DNA from: a virus
Lineage: Duplodnaviria > Caudoviricetes
IMG/VR virus record: IMGVR_UViG_2905373006_000003
Coordinates: 1 to 64,000 of that record
Direction: 5' to 3' (one strand)
Length of the DNA: 64,000 nucleotides
Made by a program: the position numbers and the translations under genes. The notes under the pieces are model-generated. The model was not told where the DNA came from and made no database searches. It worked only from the letters and a program-made list of their open reading frames with translations. Of this stretch, positions 1 to 9,949 are shown one piece after another; position 1 is the stretch's first letter, and each line of letters begins with the position of its first letter.

Positions 1-231
1 ATGAGAAAAGCTTGTATTGAATTGAATTCAACCATGAAATATGCAGCCTTAAATGCTGGTCCGCTTGGTGGTGGAAAATGTTTAGTTATGGTGACTGTCT
101 CTAATAATTTAGATGAAGTCGTTCCTGCAGAAAAGTGGGCAAAAGCTTTAGATATCTGTCTTGCTGAAGCTAAAGAACTAAAATATGAAATAGCTCGGAT
201 TTATGGCGAAAGTTTAGCAAGAAAAAAATAA
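1..231 (+). CDS. Hypothetical protein, probably the 3' part of a gene of a neighbouring element left of the att site
   Basis: AT-rich ORF open from the window edge, stopping just before the tRNA fragment. Confidence 0.45.
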   Translation: MRKACIELNSTMKYAALNAGPLGGGKCLVMVTVSNNLDEVVPAEKWAKALDICLAEAKELKYEIARIYGESLARKK

Positions 232-248
232 TATCATTATAGCTCGTT

Positions 249-296
249 GTCATGGGGTGTCAGGGGTCGTAGGTTCAAATCCTATCATGCCGACCA
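249..296 (+). other. 3' fragment of tRNA-Pro(GGG) (att core); 5' half absent
   Basis: GTCATGGGGTGTCAGGGGTCGTAGGTTCAAATCCTATCATGCCGACCA matches the anticodon arm, T arm and CCA end of enterobacterial proL; no acceptor-stem 5' strand or D arm upstream. Confidence 0.88.
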
Positions 297-308
297 TTCT
301 TATTTAAG

Positions 309-337
309 AAAACCAACCACTTACGGTTGGTTTTTTT
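309..337 (+). terminator. Intrinsic terminator after the tRNA fragment
   Basis: AAAACCAACC-ACTTAC-GGTTGGTTTTTTT hairpin plus T run. Confidence 0.8.
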
Positions 338-354
338 ATGTCTGGAATTTGCCA

Positions 355-386
355 CTGGTAAAACTCTGGTAAAACTCTGGTAAAAC
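355..386. repeat. Three tandem CTGGTAAAAC(T) repeats, likely integrase arm-type sites
   Basis: 11-bp period direct repeats about 60 bp from the att core. Confidence 0.7.
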
Positions 387-476
387 GACAACAAATCATC
401 TCTCAAAATCACCCTTTCTTTAGCTCATAAAATTGCCCTTTTCTCCTTGCTATTCTATTCGTTACCTTATATAAGT

Positions 477-496
477 TACTGTATAAAAACACAGTT
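477..496 (+). promoter_or_regulatory. LexA (SOS) box upstream of ORF 511
   Basis: TACTGTATAAAAACACAGTT = CTG-N10-CAG with AT-rich spacer, 14 bp before the ATG. Confidence 0.85.
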
Positions 497-510
497 AAAT
501 AAGTGATACC

Positions 511-786
511 ATGATTAAGCTTGAAATCAATAATGCGGAATATATTGCTCAGTTAGAAGAGGCTCGTTTATCTGCAGATAACCCTTATGGTTATCTGTTT
601 ATGGACATTGTCTTTTCTGATCCAAGGTTTGATAAGAATACATTTGAAATGAAGAATGTTCGTAGGGAACCGATGAGGACGTATATGACGGAGGCTGTGG
701 CAAGGGATTTGTTTGAGAAGTTGAAAACGCATTTCAATCATCAAAATATGGTACCGACATCAAAAAATATAGATAATCTTATGTAG
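511..786 (+). CDS. SOS-regulated hypothetical moron protein (possibly frameshifted)
   Basis: 91-aa ORF following a LexA box, opposite to the late genes. Confidence 0.75.
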   Translation: MIKLEINNAEYIAQLEEARLSADNPYGYLFMDIVFSDPRFDKNTFEMKNVRREPMRTYMTEAVARDLFEKLKTHFNHQNMVPTSKNIDNLM

Positions 787-935
787 AAAAAAACAATTCA
801 TCACCACAACCTTCGAATAATAGTGGCGGTGATGATCTGTTATCTAAATTAGAAAAATTAGGTAAATTAAAAGAAAGTGGTGTACTGACGGAAGAAGAGT
901 TCAAAGAACAAAAAAGTAAATTACTTAATTTATAA
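777..935 (+). pseudogene. SHOCT-domain coding fragment without a start codon
   Basis: Frame reads ...DDLLSKLEKLGKLKESGVLTEEEFKEQKSKLLNL*, a typical SHOCT motif; stop codon at 774-776 immediately upstream. Confidence 0.7.
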
Positions 936-979
936 TTTAAGTAACGGGGCGAGTTTAATATATATGTAGCACTAATGGT

Positions 980-2344
980 TTATTTTAATTCCCCCCAATA
1001 AACAAATGAAAATTTACTACTCTCCATTCTGTATGTTGCACCCGGCTTAACAATTGCAAAAAAATTCCTATCAATGGCAATAGTATCACTTCCGCCAACC
1101 ACTGCGGCAACCTTGCCATTTACTTTAAAATAAGAGTGATGAGTACCATTTGAACGTCCTGTAATTGAAATCATAATAGGTCTATTCGTATCATTCTTGT
1201 AATCGGTATTGATTGCACGACTAGAAGTGACATCTTGATAGTCTTGCCCAAAACCCAGTGCTTGATTACTTCCCAAAGCACCCACATCGTTTGCAGTTAA
1301 ATTTATATCGTTACTTAATTGTTTGTTGTTAATTTTACGTGCGGAAGGAACATAGTTCCCAGCAGGGGCATAATTTCCTTTAGGCTGGTATTTACTGTCA
1401 GACTCTGCCTTAGTATACGATGCGCCTACTAGCGCATAATTGCCAGCTGGTTGGTAATTTCCCTTACCTTGATAACGTCCGTCACTTTCCGCTTTTGTGT
1501 AGCTACTTCCAGCTGTTGCATAACTTCCTTTAGCTTGATATCGGCCATCCGACTCAGTCTTCGTATATGAAGCACCCACTAACGCATAATTACCTTTAGG
1601 CTGATAATTTCCCTTAGGTTGAAAAGCATCTGTAGAAGCTTTCTGGCTCATCACATGAACCGTTGACGTTCCCGTACTTTGAGTTACATTACCTTTATCA
1701 AATTTATTATTCAGTCCACTATTGAGCGCTGAGTTAGTCGCATAATCACCTGATGGCTGGTAACTCCCTTTCGCTTGATAACGTCCGTCACTTTCCGTTT
1801 TAGTGTAACTATCCCCTTTATTGGCATAGTTCCCTGCTGGCGCATAATTACCCTTTGGCTGATATTTGGTGTCGGTTTCTGCCTTTGAGTAACTATAACC
1901 AGATGGTGTGTAATTACCTAATGGTTGAAAACGTTTATCAGCCTCGGCTTTGTTATAAGCACCCACTTCATTCGCGGTGATATCAGCTTTTAACTCTGCC
2001 CAAGCATTACCGGCAACCGGCTCAATATTGTTATTCTCAACTTTAGACTGCCAGACTTTATTTTTATGATACACAATAGTGCGTATCGCATACGGCTTAC
2101 CGGCTTCATCCCATTTTGGAAAACCAAATCGCTGAATTTCGCCAATCGCTTCCGTGATATCGTGAAATATCCCGTTCATTTTTTCACGTTCAATATCTTT
2201 CGCAGCAGGATCTGTGACTTGGTCACGCTCATAGTCGTAACCATAACCTTGTGTATAAGACACTGAGCCGTCTGGTTGGATTTCTACGGGTATAGAAGCC
2301 TTATCCCCTTGTGTTGCAAAGGGGGTTTTAAAAATAGTTGTCAT
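980..2344 (-). CDS. Tail fibre protein with SYTKAESDGRY / QPKGNY repeats
   Basis: Last gene of the tail operon; N-terminal PFAxxGD baseplate anchor, repeat shaft, beta-rich tip. Confidence 0.88.
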   Translation of the reverse strand: MTTIFKTPFATQGDKASIPVEIQPDGSVSYTQGYGYDYERDQVTDPAAKDIEREKMNGIFHDITEAIGEIQRFGFPKWDEAGKPYAIRTIVYHKNKVWQSKVENNNIEPVAGNAWAELKADITANEVGAYNKAEADKRFQPLGNYTPSGYSYSKAETDTKYQPKGNYAPAGNYANKGDSYTKTESDGRYQAKGSYQPSGDYATNSALNSGLNNKFDKGNVTQSTGTSTVHVMSQKASTDAFQPKGNYQPKGNYALVGASYTKTESDGRYQAKGSYATAGSSYTKAESDGRYQGKGNYQPAGNYALVGASYTKAESDSKYQPKGNYAPAGNYVPSARKINNKQLSNDINLTANDVGALGSNQALGFGQDYQDVTSSRAINTDYKNDTNRPIMISITGRSNGTHHSYFKVNGKVAAVVGGSDTIAIDRNFFAIVKPGATYRMESSKFSFVYWGELK

Positions 2345-2349
2345 AGGAA

Positions 2350-3006
2350 TTATGCTCCGAAGTTACTGCCTAAGAAGTTTTTACGATGTTGACCAACACC
2401 AAAGGCTTTTTGGGTCACAATGCGATATTTGACGCCAACACCCGAAGGGCGTGGCATTAAGTCAAAGTTTTCGAGAAGAACCCGTAGACGTTCGTCAGGG
2501 TTAAAGTTAAAGACGTAATACATATAAGTCATATCTAGCGGGTCAAGGACAAAAACTTTGCTGTCATCACGCCAAAAGAAACGTTTTAAAAATTCATTAA
2601 TATTGGTGACCGTAGGACTTTGTGTCAGATTAAAATAGCGCATTCGTACTAACATGCGTTTTTGATCAACAGTCAGTGACAAGGTGTAATCCGCATTACG
2701 TCGGAAGTTAGATTTAAAATTGGCTTTCTTTTTGCCAAAACCAAACCCAACTTTATTTTTATCGCTCGGTGGAATATCAATACCTAAGGGTACATCCAGA
2801 ATGCGTGACCAAATCGACAACCCAAAGTCATTCGCCGTATCGATATTAAACACATCTCGGTACCAGTTTTGCCAAAATGACACCATCGACTTTTCAAAAT
2901 GAGAGGCTTTAAAACTGGCGAGTTTCTTTAAATTCTCTGCATCTTCATACTGCCAGAGGATCGCTTTTAATAGGTCTGAATGGAACTCAAATTGTTGAAC
3001 GTTCAT
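2350..3006 (-). CDS. Baseplate wedge protein (DUF2612-like)
   Basis: FNIDTA...GL.IW motif and C-terminal PRPSGV; follows baseplate J. Confidence 0.8.
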   Translation of the reverse strand: MNVQQFEFHSDLLKAILWQYEDAENLKKLASFKASHFEKSMVSFWQNWYRDVFNIDTANDFGLSIWSRILDVPLGIDIPPSDKNKVGFGFGKKKANFKSNFRRNADYTLSLTVDQKRMLVRMRYFNLTQSPTVTNINEFLKRFFWRDDSKVFVLDPLDMTYMYYVFNFNPDERLRVLLENFDLMPRPSGVGVKYRIVTQKAFGVGQHRKNFLGSNFGA

Positions 3007-4190
3007 ACAATCACCACTTGCACAGCACCCCGTTGCAAGCGTGCGATTTGATTAATGGCAATCGGAATTAATGCAACATTCCACACTTTCCCATCCAGTG
3101 ACAATTCAACTTTAGTCACGAACAGACGAGGTTCAACAGTATTCACTGCAGACGCTATCTCAAAAGGCGATACTTCACGTCCAACAATCAAACCGTTATC
3201 GCCGTCCAACTCTCCACGCGTCCATTGTTCTATGGCACTGGGGATAATAGTTTGCGCATCAACGGCTGATTTTTTCACTGTCACTCGACAAAAAACGGTG
3301 ATCTCTTTAGGGCGTGAAAATTTCACTTTATATTCTTGTCCACTCACTGGCTCTACAACACCGATTTCAATCTCGCCATTAAACGCCGAACCAATGGTTT
3401 TGGTTCTCAGCAATGATTTAGCAATTTCGTTACTATCGCCCCCTTCAACACAAACGTAAATGCTGTGAGGCAATAGAGAAATTCCATCAATAGTGAGCAC
3501 CGCATCGGTGTAGTTCTCTCGAAAAGACAGTGAATTAACGCCCTCTAATTCATACAGTGAAGAGGTGATCGCTTCTGCAACACTGACGGTATTTTTAGCC
3601 AAAGTTTGCTTACGTCGTCGCCTTGCTTTGATATCAGATTCAGCATAACGGCCAACAACCGCATGAGTGGGATTATTGACTTTCTCCCAACCTAATACTG
3701 AGCTAGCCACAGAATTAAGTTGGCCGGCCCCGCATTCAACAGGACCATATTCAACCGCCCTCATATCCCCTGTTGCTTTGCCGGTATTATCAATAATCAA
3801 GGGTGAAACTGTTTCGAACATGGCACCGGCAACACTAGACGCTAATGAGCCTTTAGGAATAATGGTGCCAGGTACGCCACTAAATTCAACGCTGGAAAGA
3901 TAAGAGTGAGTGGCATTAATGCGTTGGCCACCCATTAGCGCCCATATTGCATCAAGAAAAACACCACCCGCAATATCGGGATTGATTTGATTTGCTAACT
4001 CGGCATTGTTTCTCACCATTGCATCACGGTTTTCAACTTCCATCGTCGCTAATGCCCCTTGCGGTGTTTCAGGGGCAAGGTTAATCGATTGACCAAACAC
4101 CGCACGAAACTCGCTTTCGACTTCATCACGTATTGTGGCCGTGTCGGGAAGAATAACGCCTTTATTATTGATATAACGATAATCAGCCAT
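3003..4190 (-). CDS. Baseplate J/gp47-like protein
   Basis: TPQG, G.FLDAI and GRYAESD motifs. Confidence 0.88.
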   Translation of the reverse strand: MADYRYINNKGVILPDTATIRDEVESEFRAVFGQSINLAPETPQGALATMEVENRDAMVRNNAELANQINPDIAGGVFLDAIWALMGGQRINATHSYLSSVEFSGVPGTIIPKGSLASSVAGAMFETVSPLIIDNTGKATGDMRAVEYGPVECGAGQLNSVASSVLGWEKVNNPTHAVVGRYAESDIKARRRRKQTLAKNTVSVAEAITSSLYELEGVNSLSFRENYTDAVLTIDGISLLPHSIYVCVEGGDSNEIAKSLLRTKTIGSAFNGEIEIGVVEPVSGQEYKVKFSRPKEITVFCRVTVKKSAVDAQTIIPSAIEQWTRGELDGDNGLIVGREVSPFEIASAVNTVEPRLFVTKVELSLDGKVWNVALIPIAINQIARLQRGAVQVVIV

Positions 4191-4527
4191 TCAGTGTAAA
4201 CCCTCCGTATATCGTGCGAATTGTTGCTTGATACTTCAATTCACCGTTTTCCACTGTGGCGCTAAAATGCGTCACTTCAACCACCTCTTCAATTTCGCTC
4301 ATACGTTGTCTAAATGCCGTTTCAAACATCGGGATATCAGCTTGGCGACCAAAGGTTGTTGGCCAGAACGGAATACCTTTATCTTTTTTATGTAACATTT
4401 CACCACGCACAGCCTTGGCAAAATGCTGACAAAGGTTTTTAACCGCATCGTCTTTTTCGCTGAATTGGAGGTTTCCATCAGGGCCGATAAAGAGATCATT
4501 ATTTTTATCGATTGAAAATGTTCTCAT
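4183..4527 (-). CDS. Baseplate gp46/gpW-like protein
   Basis: RGE...GIP motif and C-terminal TIYG; position. Confidence 0.7.
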   Translation of the reverse strand: MRTFSIDKNNDLFIGPDGNLQFSEKDDAVKNLCQHFAKAVRGEMLHKKDKGIPFWPTTFGRQADIPMFETAFRQRMSEIEEVVEVTHFSATVENGELKYQATIRTIYGGFTLNG

Positions 4528-5216
4528 AGAGGCGCTCCTGTATTTCCATGACCGGTTTCAACACCACTGTGTTGATGCGTAGAACCGATATCTTTTCCAT
4601 TGTGTTTCATCGTGCCACCGTTAGAGTCACTATTACCATTTACAGCGTAATTACCATTTACCGTGACATTGCCAGTAAATATCGTTTCAGGGGCGTTGAT
4701 TTCATACTTAGGGGTTTCTAGCACCACTTTATCGCTATGTAGCGAGAAACAGACTGAGCCATCCATTGATTGGATCACCAAAGCATCAATGTTTTTTCCA
4801 TCAATGACCCAACCTTTGATGGTGTCAGGGAAAAACATCGCATCACTGAATGAATGGAGGCGTGCGGTATTAGGTTGATCCTCCAATCCTCCACGCTGGA
4901 ATATCAGGCTAATGTCTCTGTCATTGGCTTTTATCCAACCGAAATCACCCGGCTTAATGGGTGCGCGAATAAAGAAACCGCCTCCCCCAAATCTAAAAAC
5001 GGGAATGTTGGCCAATGGCGCACGTCCGACTGTTCCCCCTTCCGTTGTTACCATCATCACCAGTGGTTTGATAACAGCACGATTGGTTTTATCGTCATAA
5101 CTCACTACCGTTGCAGGGAGCATATCTTCAGTATTCATCATCAAGTTACGAAATGCAGACGATAGCGCACCTGCCAGCGAACCATCACTGGCAATATCAG
5201 TATTGGGTTTATTCAT
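4524..5216 (-). CDS. Baseplate spike (Gp138-like)
   Basis: OB-fold N-terminus, C-terminal HQHSGV metal-binding tip. Confidence 0.85.
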   Translation of the reverse strand: MNKPNTDIASDGSLAGALSSAFRNLMMNTEDMLPATVVSYDDKTNRAVIKPLVMMVTTEGGTVGRAPLANIPVFRFGGGGFFIRAPIKPGDFGWIKANDRDISLIFQRGGLEDQPNTARLHSFSDAMFFPDTIKGWVIDGKNIDALVIQSMDGSVCFSLHSDKVVLETPKYEINAPETIFTGNVTVNGNYAVNGNSDSNGGTMKHNGKDIGSTHQHSGVETGHGNTGAPL

Positions 5217-5218
5217 GG

Positions 5219-6037
5219 TTATGCTCGTTTACAGGTAGCCTGATAAAAGAAAGGATCATCATGTGAAGCAACATCGAATTTCAGTTGTTCAATGATGTAG
5301 TCACCATTAAGTGCGGAATTGAATTTACTCTCAAGTCGTAGCATTCCCCCTAGTTCTGAAGCGCCATCAATTAAGTAGGTAACAGACAACCCTTTTTCGG
5401 TGGCTTTCGGTATACCCACCATGCCTGATTTCATGCTAAGAATGCGCAGACGACCTTTTAAGGCTTGGTTATCATCTTTGACAAACAACGTATCATCATC
5501 AATAAAGGCTTTAACGTTTCCTGCTTCCTGCAGTCGTTGTACTTGCTGTAACGCTGAACCGCAAAAATACCAATTGGCAATATTCTTATCGGTGGCTTGA
5601 AAGTCCAATCTAACCTTGCAATCCTTAGCTACTGATGAAGCGATCTCGCTCATTTTCTGCATGGCGCCACCACTGGAAGAAACAATATCACCTGAACTGG
5701 CATTATTAGTTTTGGCTTTAATGGTTAACGTAACATCAGGAGGTGAGGCAATTTCTGCACTGACAATATCACCGGTAAAGATACGAAATAATCCGGTATT
5801 GACGCGTCCTACTTCAAGGTAAAGACGGCGAGTTTGTTTGCTTTTATGATAAGGGCTAGTTTCAGTGAGAAGATAATCTCGAGTGTGGGCGTTCAATCCA
5901 TCAATGCTAACTGTGCATTCATTTTGTAAAGGGTTTGCGTACTTGGTGCCGTTAGCTTTAATCCGCAATCCTTCATACCACTGCAGTCGTTCTGCGACTT
6001 CAATCCCCACCCGTATTCGTCGTAAGTCCATCATCAC
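5219..6037 (-). CDS. Baseplate hub protein
   Basis: Position and IFTGDI / GMVGIP motifs. Confidence 0.75.
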   Translation of the reverse strand: MMMDLRRIRVGIEVAERLQWYEGLRIKANGTKYANPLQNECTVSIDGLNAHTRDYLLTETSPYHKSKQTRRLYLEVGRVNTGLFRIFTGDIVSAEIASPPDVTLTIKAKTNNASSGDIVSSSGGAMQKMSEIASSVAKDCKVRLDFQATDKNIANWYFCGSALQQVQRLQEAGNVKAFIDDDTLFVKDDNQALKGRLRILSMKSGMVGIPKATEKGLSVTYLIDGASELGGMLRLESKFNSALNGDYIIEQLKFDVASHDDPFFYQATCKRA

Positions 6038-6317
6038 TCCAAATAATTAATGATTGGGTTCTATCAAATGATTCATACCAGGGCAGATCATCATTTTCTG
6101 TTATAAACGCTAAATTTGTACCATCAGTCAGATAGCGATAAGGAATGATAGGTGTGTTTGCCACCGCACGCATGCCGACGGCAATAACCTCACTTTCTCG
6201 TTCAATATCGAGATACATCGCATGACGACCGGCTTTTATTGTCAACGTCCAATTAACACCTTCCAAATTGACGGATAAGCGTTGGTTTGGAATAGCTTTT
6301 AAGGGTATGACTTTCAT
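6000..6317 (-). CDS. Baseplate plug-like protein
   Basis: IPL..IPNQ motif; position. Confidence 0.65.
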   Translation of the reverse strand: MKVIPLKAIPNQRLSVNLEGVNWTLTIKAGRHAMYLDIERESEVIAVGMRAVANTPIIPYRYLTDGTNLAFITENDDLPWYESFDRTQSLIIWSDDGLTTNTGGD

Positions 6318-6883
6318 TAGAAGCTCCAATCCCCATCTGCGATACGTGTTGCAACCGAACCTTTTTTCTTGGTCTCAGTATCGGCGTCTTTTGTTTGCAC
6401 ATTTCCCCGATTTACTGTTGATGACTGCGTTGGCTTTTGTGTGGTTCGAGGCGGTAGTTCTCCGTATTCAGGCTCAACGGTGCGCCACTCAACAAACCTT
6501 AGCGACAGTTTTATCGCATCTATCATGTCGGGTATTTCATCATGATTAAAACCCGTTAATAACATCGGTTGATAGGTTTTTACTCGGGTTTGAATACCAA
6601 CAAGTTTGTGTTCATCAAAAGCTTGTTGCATCGATGAGAAGATGTTTTTCATCTCCCCTGTTAATAGCAAATCTATACCAATTTCAACGGGGTTAATAAT
6701 CACATGGTCACTGCGAGTTTCACCGCTTTCAACTTGAAATTGAGTGGCCTTATGCTCATCTCTAATATTGACTTGAATAGGACTCACACTATCAAATAGC
6801 GTAGAAAACGATTCTAAATCAAAGATTTTGACTTCTGTAAGCAATTTAACCTCCCAATCCACTAGAATGTTGTTGATTGACAT
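6317..6883 (-). CDS. Tail tube initiator/baseplate protein (real start probably near 6844)
   Basis: VESG...SDHVIINP motif; follows the TMP. Confidence 0.7.
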   Translation of the reverse strand: MSINNILVDWEVKLLTEVKIFDLESFSTLFDSVSPIQVNIRDEHKATQFQVESGETRSDHVIINPVEIGIDLLLTGEMKNIFSSMQQAFDEHKLVGIQTRVKTYQPMLLTGFNHDEIPDMIDAIKLSLRFVEWRTVEPEYGELPPRTTQKPTQSSTVNRGNVQTKDADTETKKKGSVATRIADGDWSF

Positions 6884-9206
6884 TAGCTATTTCATCTTGT
6901 AACGCATTGCTAAGTCCACTTGCGACACCTTGTGCATCGGTTGCTTGAGTTTCAACCTTAATTTCTCCAATACTTACGTTACTTTCATTCTTCACATTGG
7001 ATTGATTACTGATGGCTTGGCTGGTAATAGGATTCATTGCATCATGGCTTGCCATCATTAAACGTTTATTCGCCTCCTCAACATCCGCTATAATTTTTGA
7101 TGCGTCTAGTCCATTGTCTAATTGCTTCTTGAGTTCAATAATTTCCTTATCAATTTCTGATGTATCTATTCCTGCACTTGCTACCTGATTACGTTTTGCC
7201 GATAAGGCGCTTAAATAATTACTCGCATCATCAGAGGTAATTTTAATTTCAGCTTCATCACCACCAAAACCAAAAAACTCTTTGGCGGATTTCCAACCAT
7301 TTTTAACCGCATTAAGTCCTGTATTTACCCAACCAATAATTTTTTCGACTTGCTCCCACATCCATTCAAACGCGCTCACAACGGCATCACTGACTGTATT
7401 AAATACACCTGCAAAGGATTTACCCCAACCCGCAATGACTGAAATACAACTCAGCAAATACTTAACATAAGCTTTTAAGCCTGATGCCATTAGATCCCAA
7501 CCGGCGACAACAATATCTGTCACAACTTTCACGACCGCTTTTAGATATTCAAAATAAGCTTTCCATGCTTCCCATAATGCGAGAATGACCGTCTTCACCA
7601 TTGGGTATTTTTCAAAAATTCGCCCAATCATCGAATCATTCCCTTCAATGAAGTTCATGATGTCGTCATATACGAGCGCGAAGGCGGCGGCTAAAAGCGC
7701 AATAACGGCAATAATGGCGATAATAGGTAAGAATGTTGCCCATGTACTAATACTGGCCAACTTCATGGCATAGATGTATTTGCCTAACAAAATTGTGGAT
7801 ATAGCAGTAAAAAAACCGACAACAAGGTGCTTGTTTTCCTTACAAAAAGAAATTAATTTTGTTAACCACTCTAATCCTTTAGATAAAGCGGGGATCACCA
7901 TTTCTAAAAAACTATTCTTCAACAACCCTGATGATTGTTGAAATTTTGCCATAACACTATTAAATTTAATTGAGCTTTCAATACTCTCCTTGCTAATGCC
8001 TGAATACTCTTTTTGAATACCCATTGTGCGCTCTAGTTCTTTGCGCCCTTTCATCATTAACTCAATGGTTTTTTCGTCCGATACCCCCATGCCTTCCAGT
8101 GTTTTCTTTGCTTTATCAAAGCTCATGCCTTGAACTTTATCCGCGGTTTGAAGTACTTTTTCCATTGAGTCTTTCGTATTGCCGAACGATTTTGCCATCG
8201 CGGATAAATCGGCTTGTGCGGACTCTCTAGAACCGCCTAACTCAGCGATTGCACCAGAAAATGCATCAACGTCTGCGGTCGCAACACCAATTTGTTTACC
8301 TAGTTTATCCAGCGTTTCAATTTCTTGAGAACGAGAAACCGATTCGGCAAAAATACTGCCAATGCTCATCACTATACCAACAGCACCTAATGCTTTTTTT
8401 ACAAACCCTGTAACAGAGTTACCCACTTCCTGATATTTTTTATTAGTTTTATCTAATTCATCCTGAACTCTCTTCTGTGTATCAACTTCACTATTTCCCG
8501 TTTCAATTCCTTTTTTGCGAGCTTCATCCACAAGTTTAATAAGTTCTTTATAATCCCCCTGTAATGCCTTCATAACGGCTGACAAAAGTAACTTATTTTC
8601 TTTTTCTTGTTTTTCTTTTTCGTTGAGTGAATTTAATTCATCATTGAGAAGGGATAACGCTTCTTGCATCTGTTGATATTGGGCATTGAGCGTTTCAGAT
8701 GAAACACGGCTTTCATTTACGCCTTGTGACAGTTCGTTACGTTGGATATCAAGCAAGTTCATTGATGACTTTAGTTCATCAATTTTAGCGGTGACTGAGG
8801 CTATTTTTTCTTGTGTATCACCTGCCTCAACCTCAATATTTATCGCCTCCCCAGCTGATAACTGTTCAATACTGGCAATCACGCTTTGAATAAAGTCATT
8901 CACCGATTGCGAATTGTCCATCGCACTTTCTTTAATGCGATCTATCTCCGCAATCAGGTTATCGGCAACTCCGTATGTGTCACTATTAACATGAATATCG
9001 ACTGAGTTTGATGATAACTCTGTCAATTGTGCGGATAGATTTTGAATAAATTGAGTAAACCCATCAGCGCCCATCGTTGCCGATTGTTGCGCTCTTTTCA
9101 TCCCGTCAATAATGTCATCCGTTGAACGCTGTACTCGGTCAAATGCACTATCAGCCTGCTGGGTATCGAACTGAAAAACATGAACAAATGTATCTAATAA
9201 AGCCAT
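6846..9206 (-). CDS. Tape measure protein
   Basis: Long helical protein with TM segments and W/F periodicity; start MALLDTF. Confidence 0.88.
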   Translation of the reverse strand: MALLDTFVHVFQFDTQQADSAFDRVQRSTDDIIDGMKRAQQSATMGADGFTQFIQNLSAQLTELSSNSVDIHVNSDTYGVADNLIAEIDRIKESAMDNSQSVNDFIQSVIASIEQLSAGEAINIEVEAGDTQEKIASVTAKIDELKSSMNLLDIQRNELSQGVNESRVSSETLNAQYQQMQEALSLLNDELNSLNEKEKQEKENKLLLSAVMKALQGDYKELIKLVDEARKKGIETGNSEVDTQKRVQDELDKTNKKYQEVGNSVTGFVKKALGAVGIVMSIGSIFAESVSRSQEIETLDKLGKQIGVATADVDAFSGAIAELGGSRESAQADLSAMAKSFGNTKDSMEKVLQTADKVQGMSFDKAKKTLEGMGVSDEKTIELMMKGRKELERTMGIQKEYSGISKESIESSIKFNSVMAKFQQSSGLLKNSFLEMVIPALSKGLEWLTKLISFCKENKHLVVGFFTAISTILLGKYIYAMKLASISTWATFLPIIAIIAVIALLAAAFALVYDDIMNFIEGNDSMIGRIFEKYPMVKTVILALWEAWKAYFEYLKAVVKVVTDIVVAGWDLMASGLKAYVKYLLSCISVIAGWGKSFAGVFNTVSDAVVSAFEWMWEQVEKIIGWVNTGLNAVKNGWKSAKEFFGFGGDEAEIKITSDDASNYLSALSAKRNQVASAGIDTSEIDKEIIELKKQLDNGLDASKIIADVEEANKRLMMASHDAMNPITSQAISNQSNVKNESNVSIGEIKVETQATDAQGVASGLSNALQDEIANVNQQHSSGLGG

Positions 9207-9217
9207 AAAATCACCAT

Positions 9218-9243
9218 AAAAAAAGCCCCTCAATGAGGGGCTT
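9218..9243 (-). terminator. Terminator after the lipoprotein moron
   Basis: AAGCCCCTCA-T-TGAGGGGCTTTTTTT on the minus strand. Confidence 0.75.
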
Positions 9244-9262
9244 GTTATCAATACTAATTATT

Positions 9263-9949
9263 CTATTTTTCAAGATTAGCGAGTATCATCTTTAAGAAAC
9301 CACTACTCACTAGGACTGGTGTAACTTTACCTGATGTTAATAAAGAATTAGACACATCTGACAATTTAACCTTAATACTCTTAGACTCTATGGCAATCTT
9401 ACTTATTAGGATTGGTGAATTTTTACTCTCAACACCCGTCATATAAGAGCCTAATAATGCAACATTAGGAATCGGCTGTTTACCTTTTTCTATATTTAAT
9501 GTCAGTTCGATATTTAAATCTGTGGGCATTTCTTTTTTCAAAGAATTCATTCGTGATATAACATCCTTACCCATAATAGCTCCGACATATACATCGTCTG
9601 TTGAGACTATATAAATATCAGTATCGACAGATTTATATTCCCCTCTAAATGAACCTATTCCAATAGGGATTTCGAAGTTGGCAAATGAATTAAATTTTTG
9701 CTTATAACATTCTTTAAATTCAGCATTTCTAAATACTGTTGGTATTTTTTCCTTTAAATCCACCAGCATTTGGGAATCTTTTCTTGAGTCCTCAAAATCA
9801 TTGCAAGAAGGAACTTCAATAGATAAATTTCCACTAATTAATTTATGCTGATCTGAGAGTAAATCATCAGTATTAATTTTAGTACTCATATCTACTTTGC
9901 AACCAGATAAAAGCATTGCAGACAGAGCGATAATCAGAAATTTTTTCAT
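9263..9949 (-). CDS. AT-rich lipoprotein moron
   Basis: MKK + hydrophobic stretch + LSGC lipobox; inserted between tail chaperone and TMP. Confidence 0.85.
   Translation of the reverse strand: MKKFLIIALSAMLLSGCKVDMSTKINTDDLLSDQHKLISGNLSIEVPSCNDFEDSRKDSQMLVDLKEKIPTVFRNAEFKECYKQKFNSFANFEIPIGIGSFRGEYKSVDTDIYIVSTDDVYVGAIMGKDVISRMNSLKKEMPTDLNIELTLNIEKGKQPIPNVALLGSYMTGVESKNSPILISKIAIESKSIKVKLSDVSNSLLTSGKVTPVLVSSGFLKMILANLEK

Noticed and set aside
249-296. Intact tRNA-Pro gene
   Set aside because: The 5' acceptor strand and D arm are missing; it is an att-type fragment.
355-386. CRISPR or iteron array
   Set aside because: Only three contiguous 11-bp units without spacers; no cas or rep gene nearby.
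1340-1965. DGR template/variable repeats or a CRISPR-like array in the fibre gene
   Set aside because: The repeats are in-frame coding units, differences are not adenine-specific, and there is no reverse transcriptase in the window.
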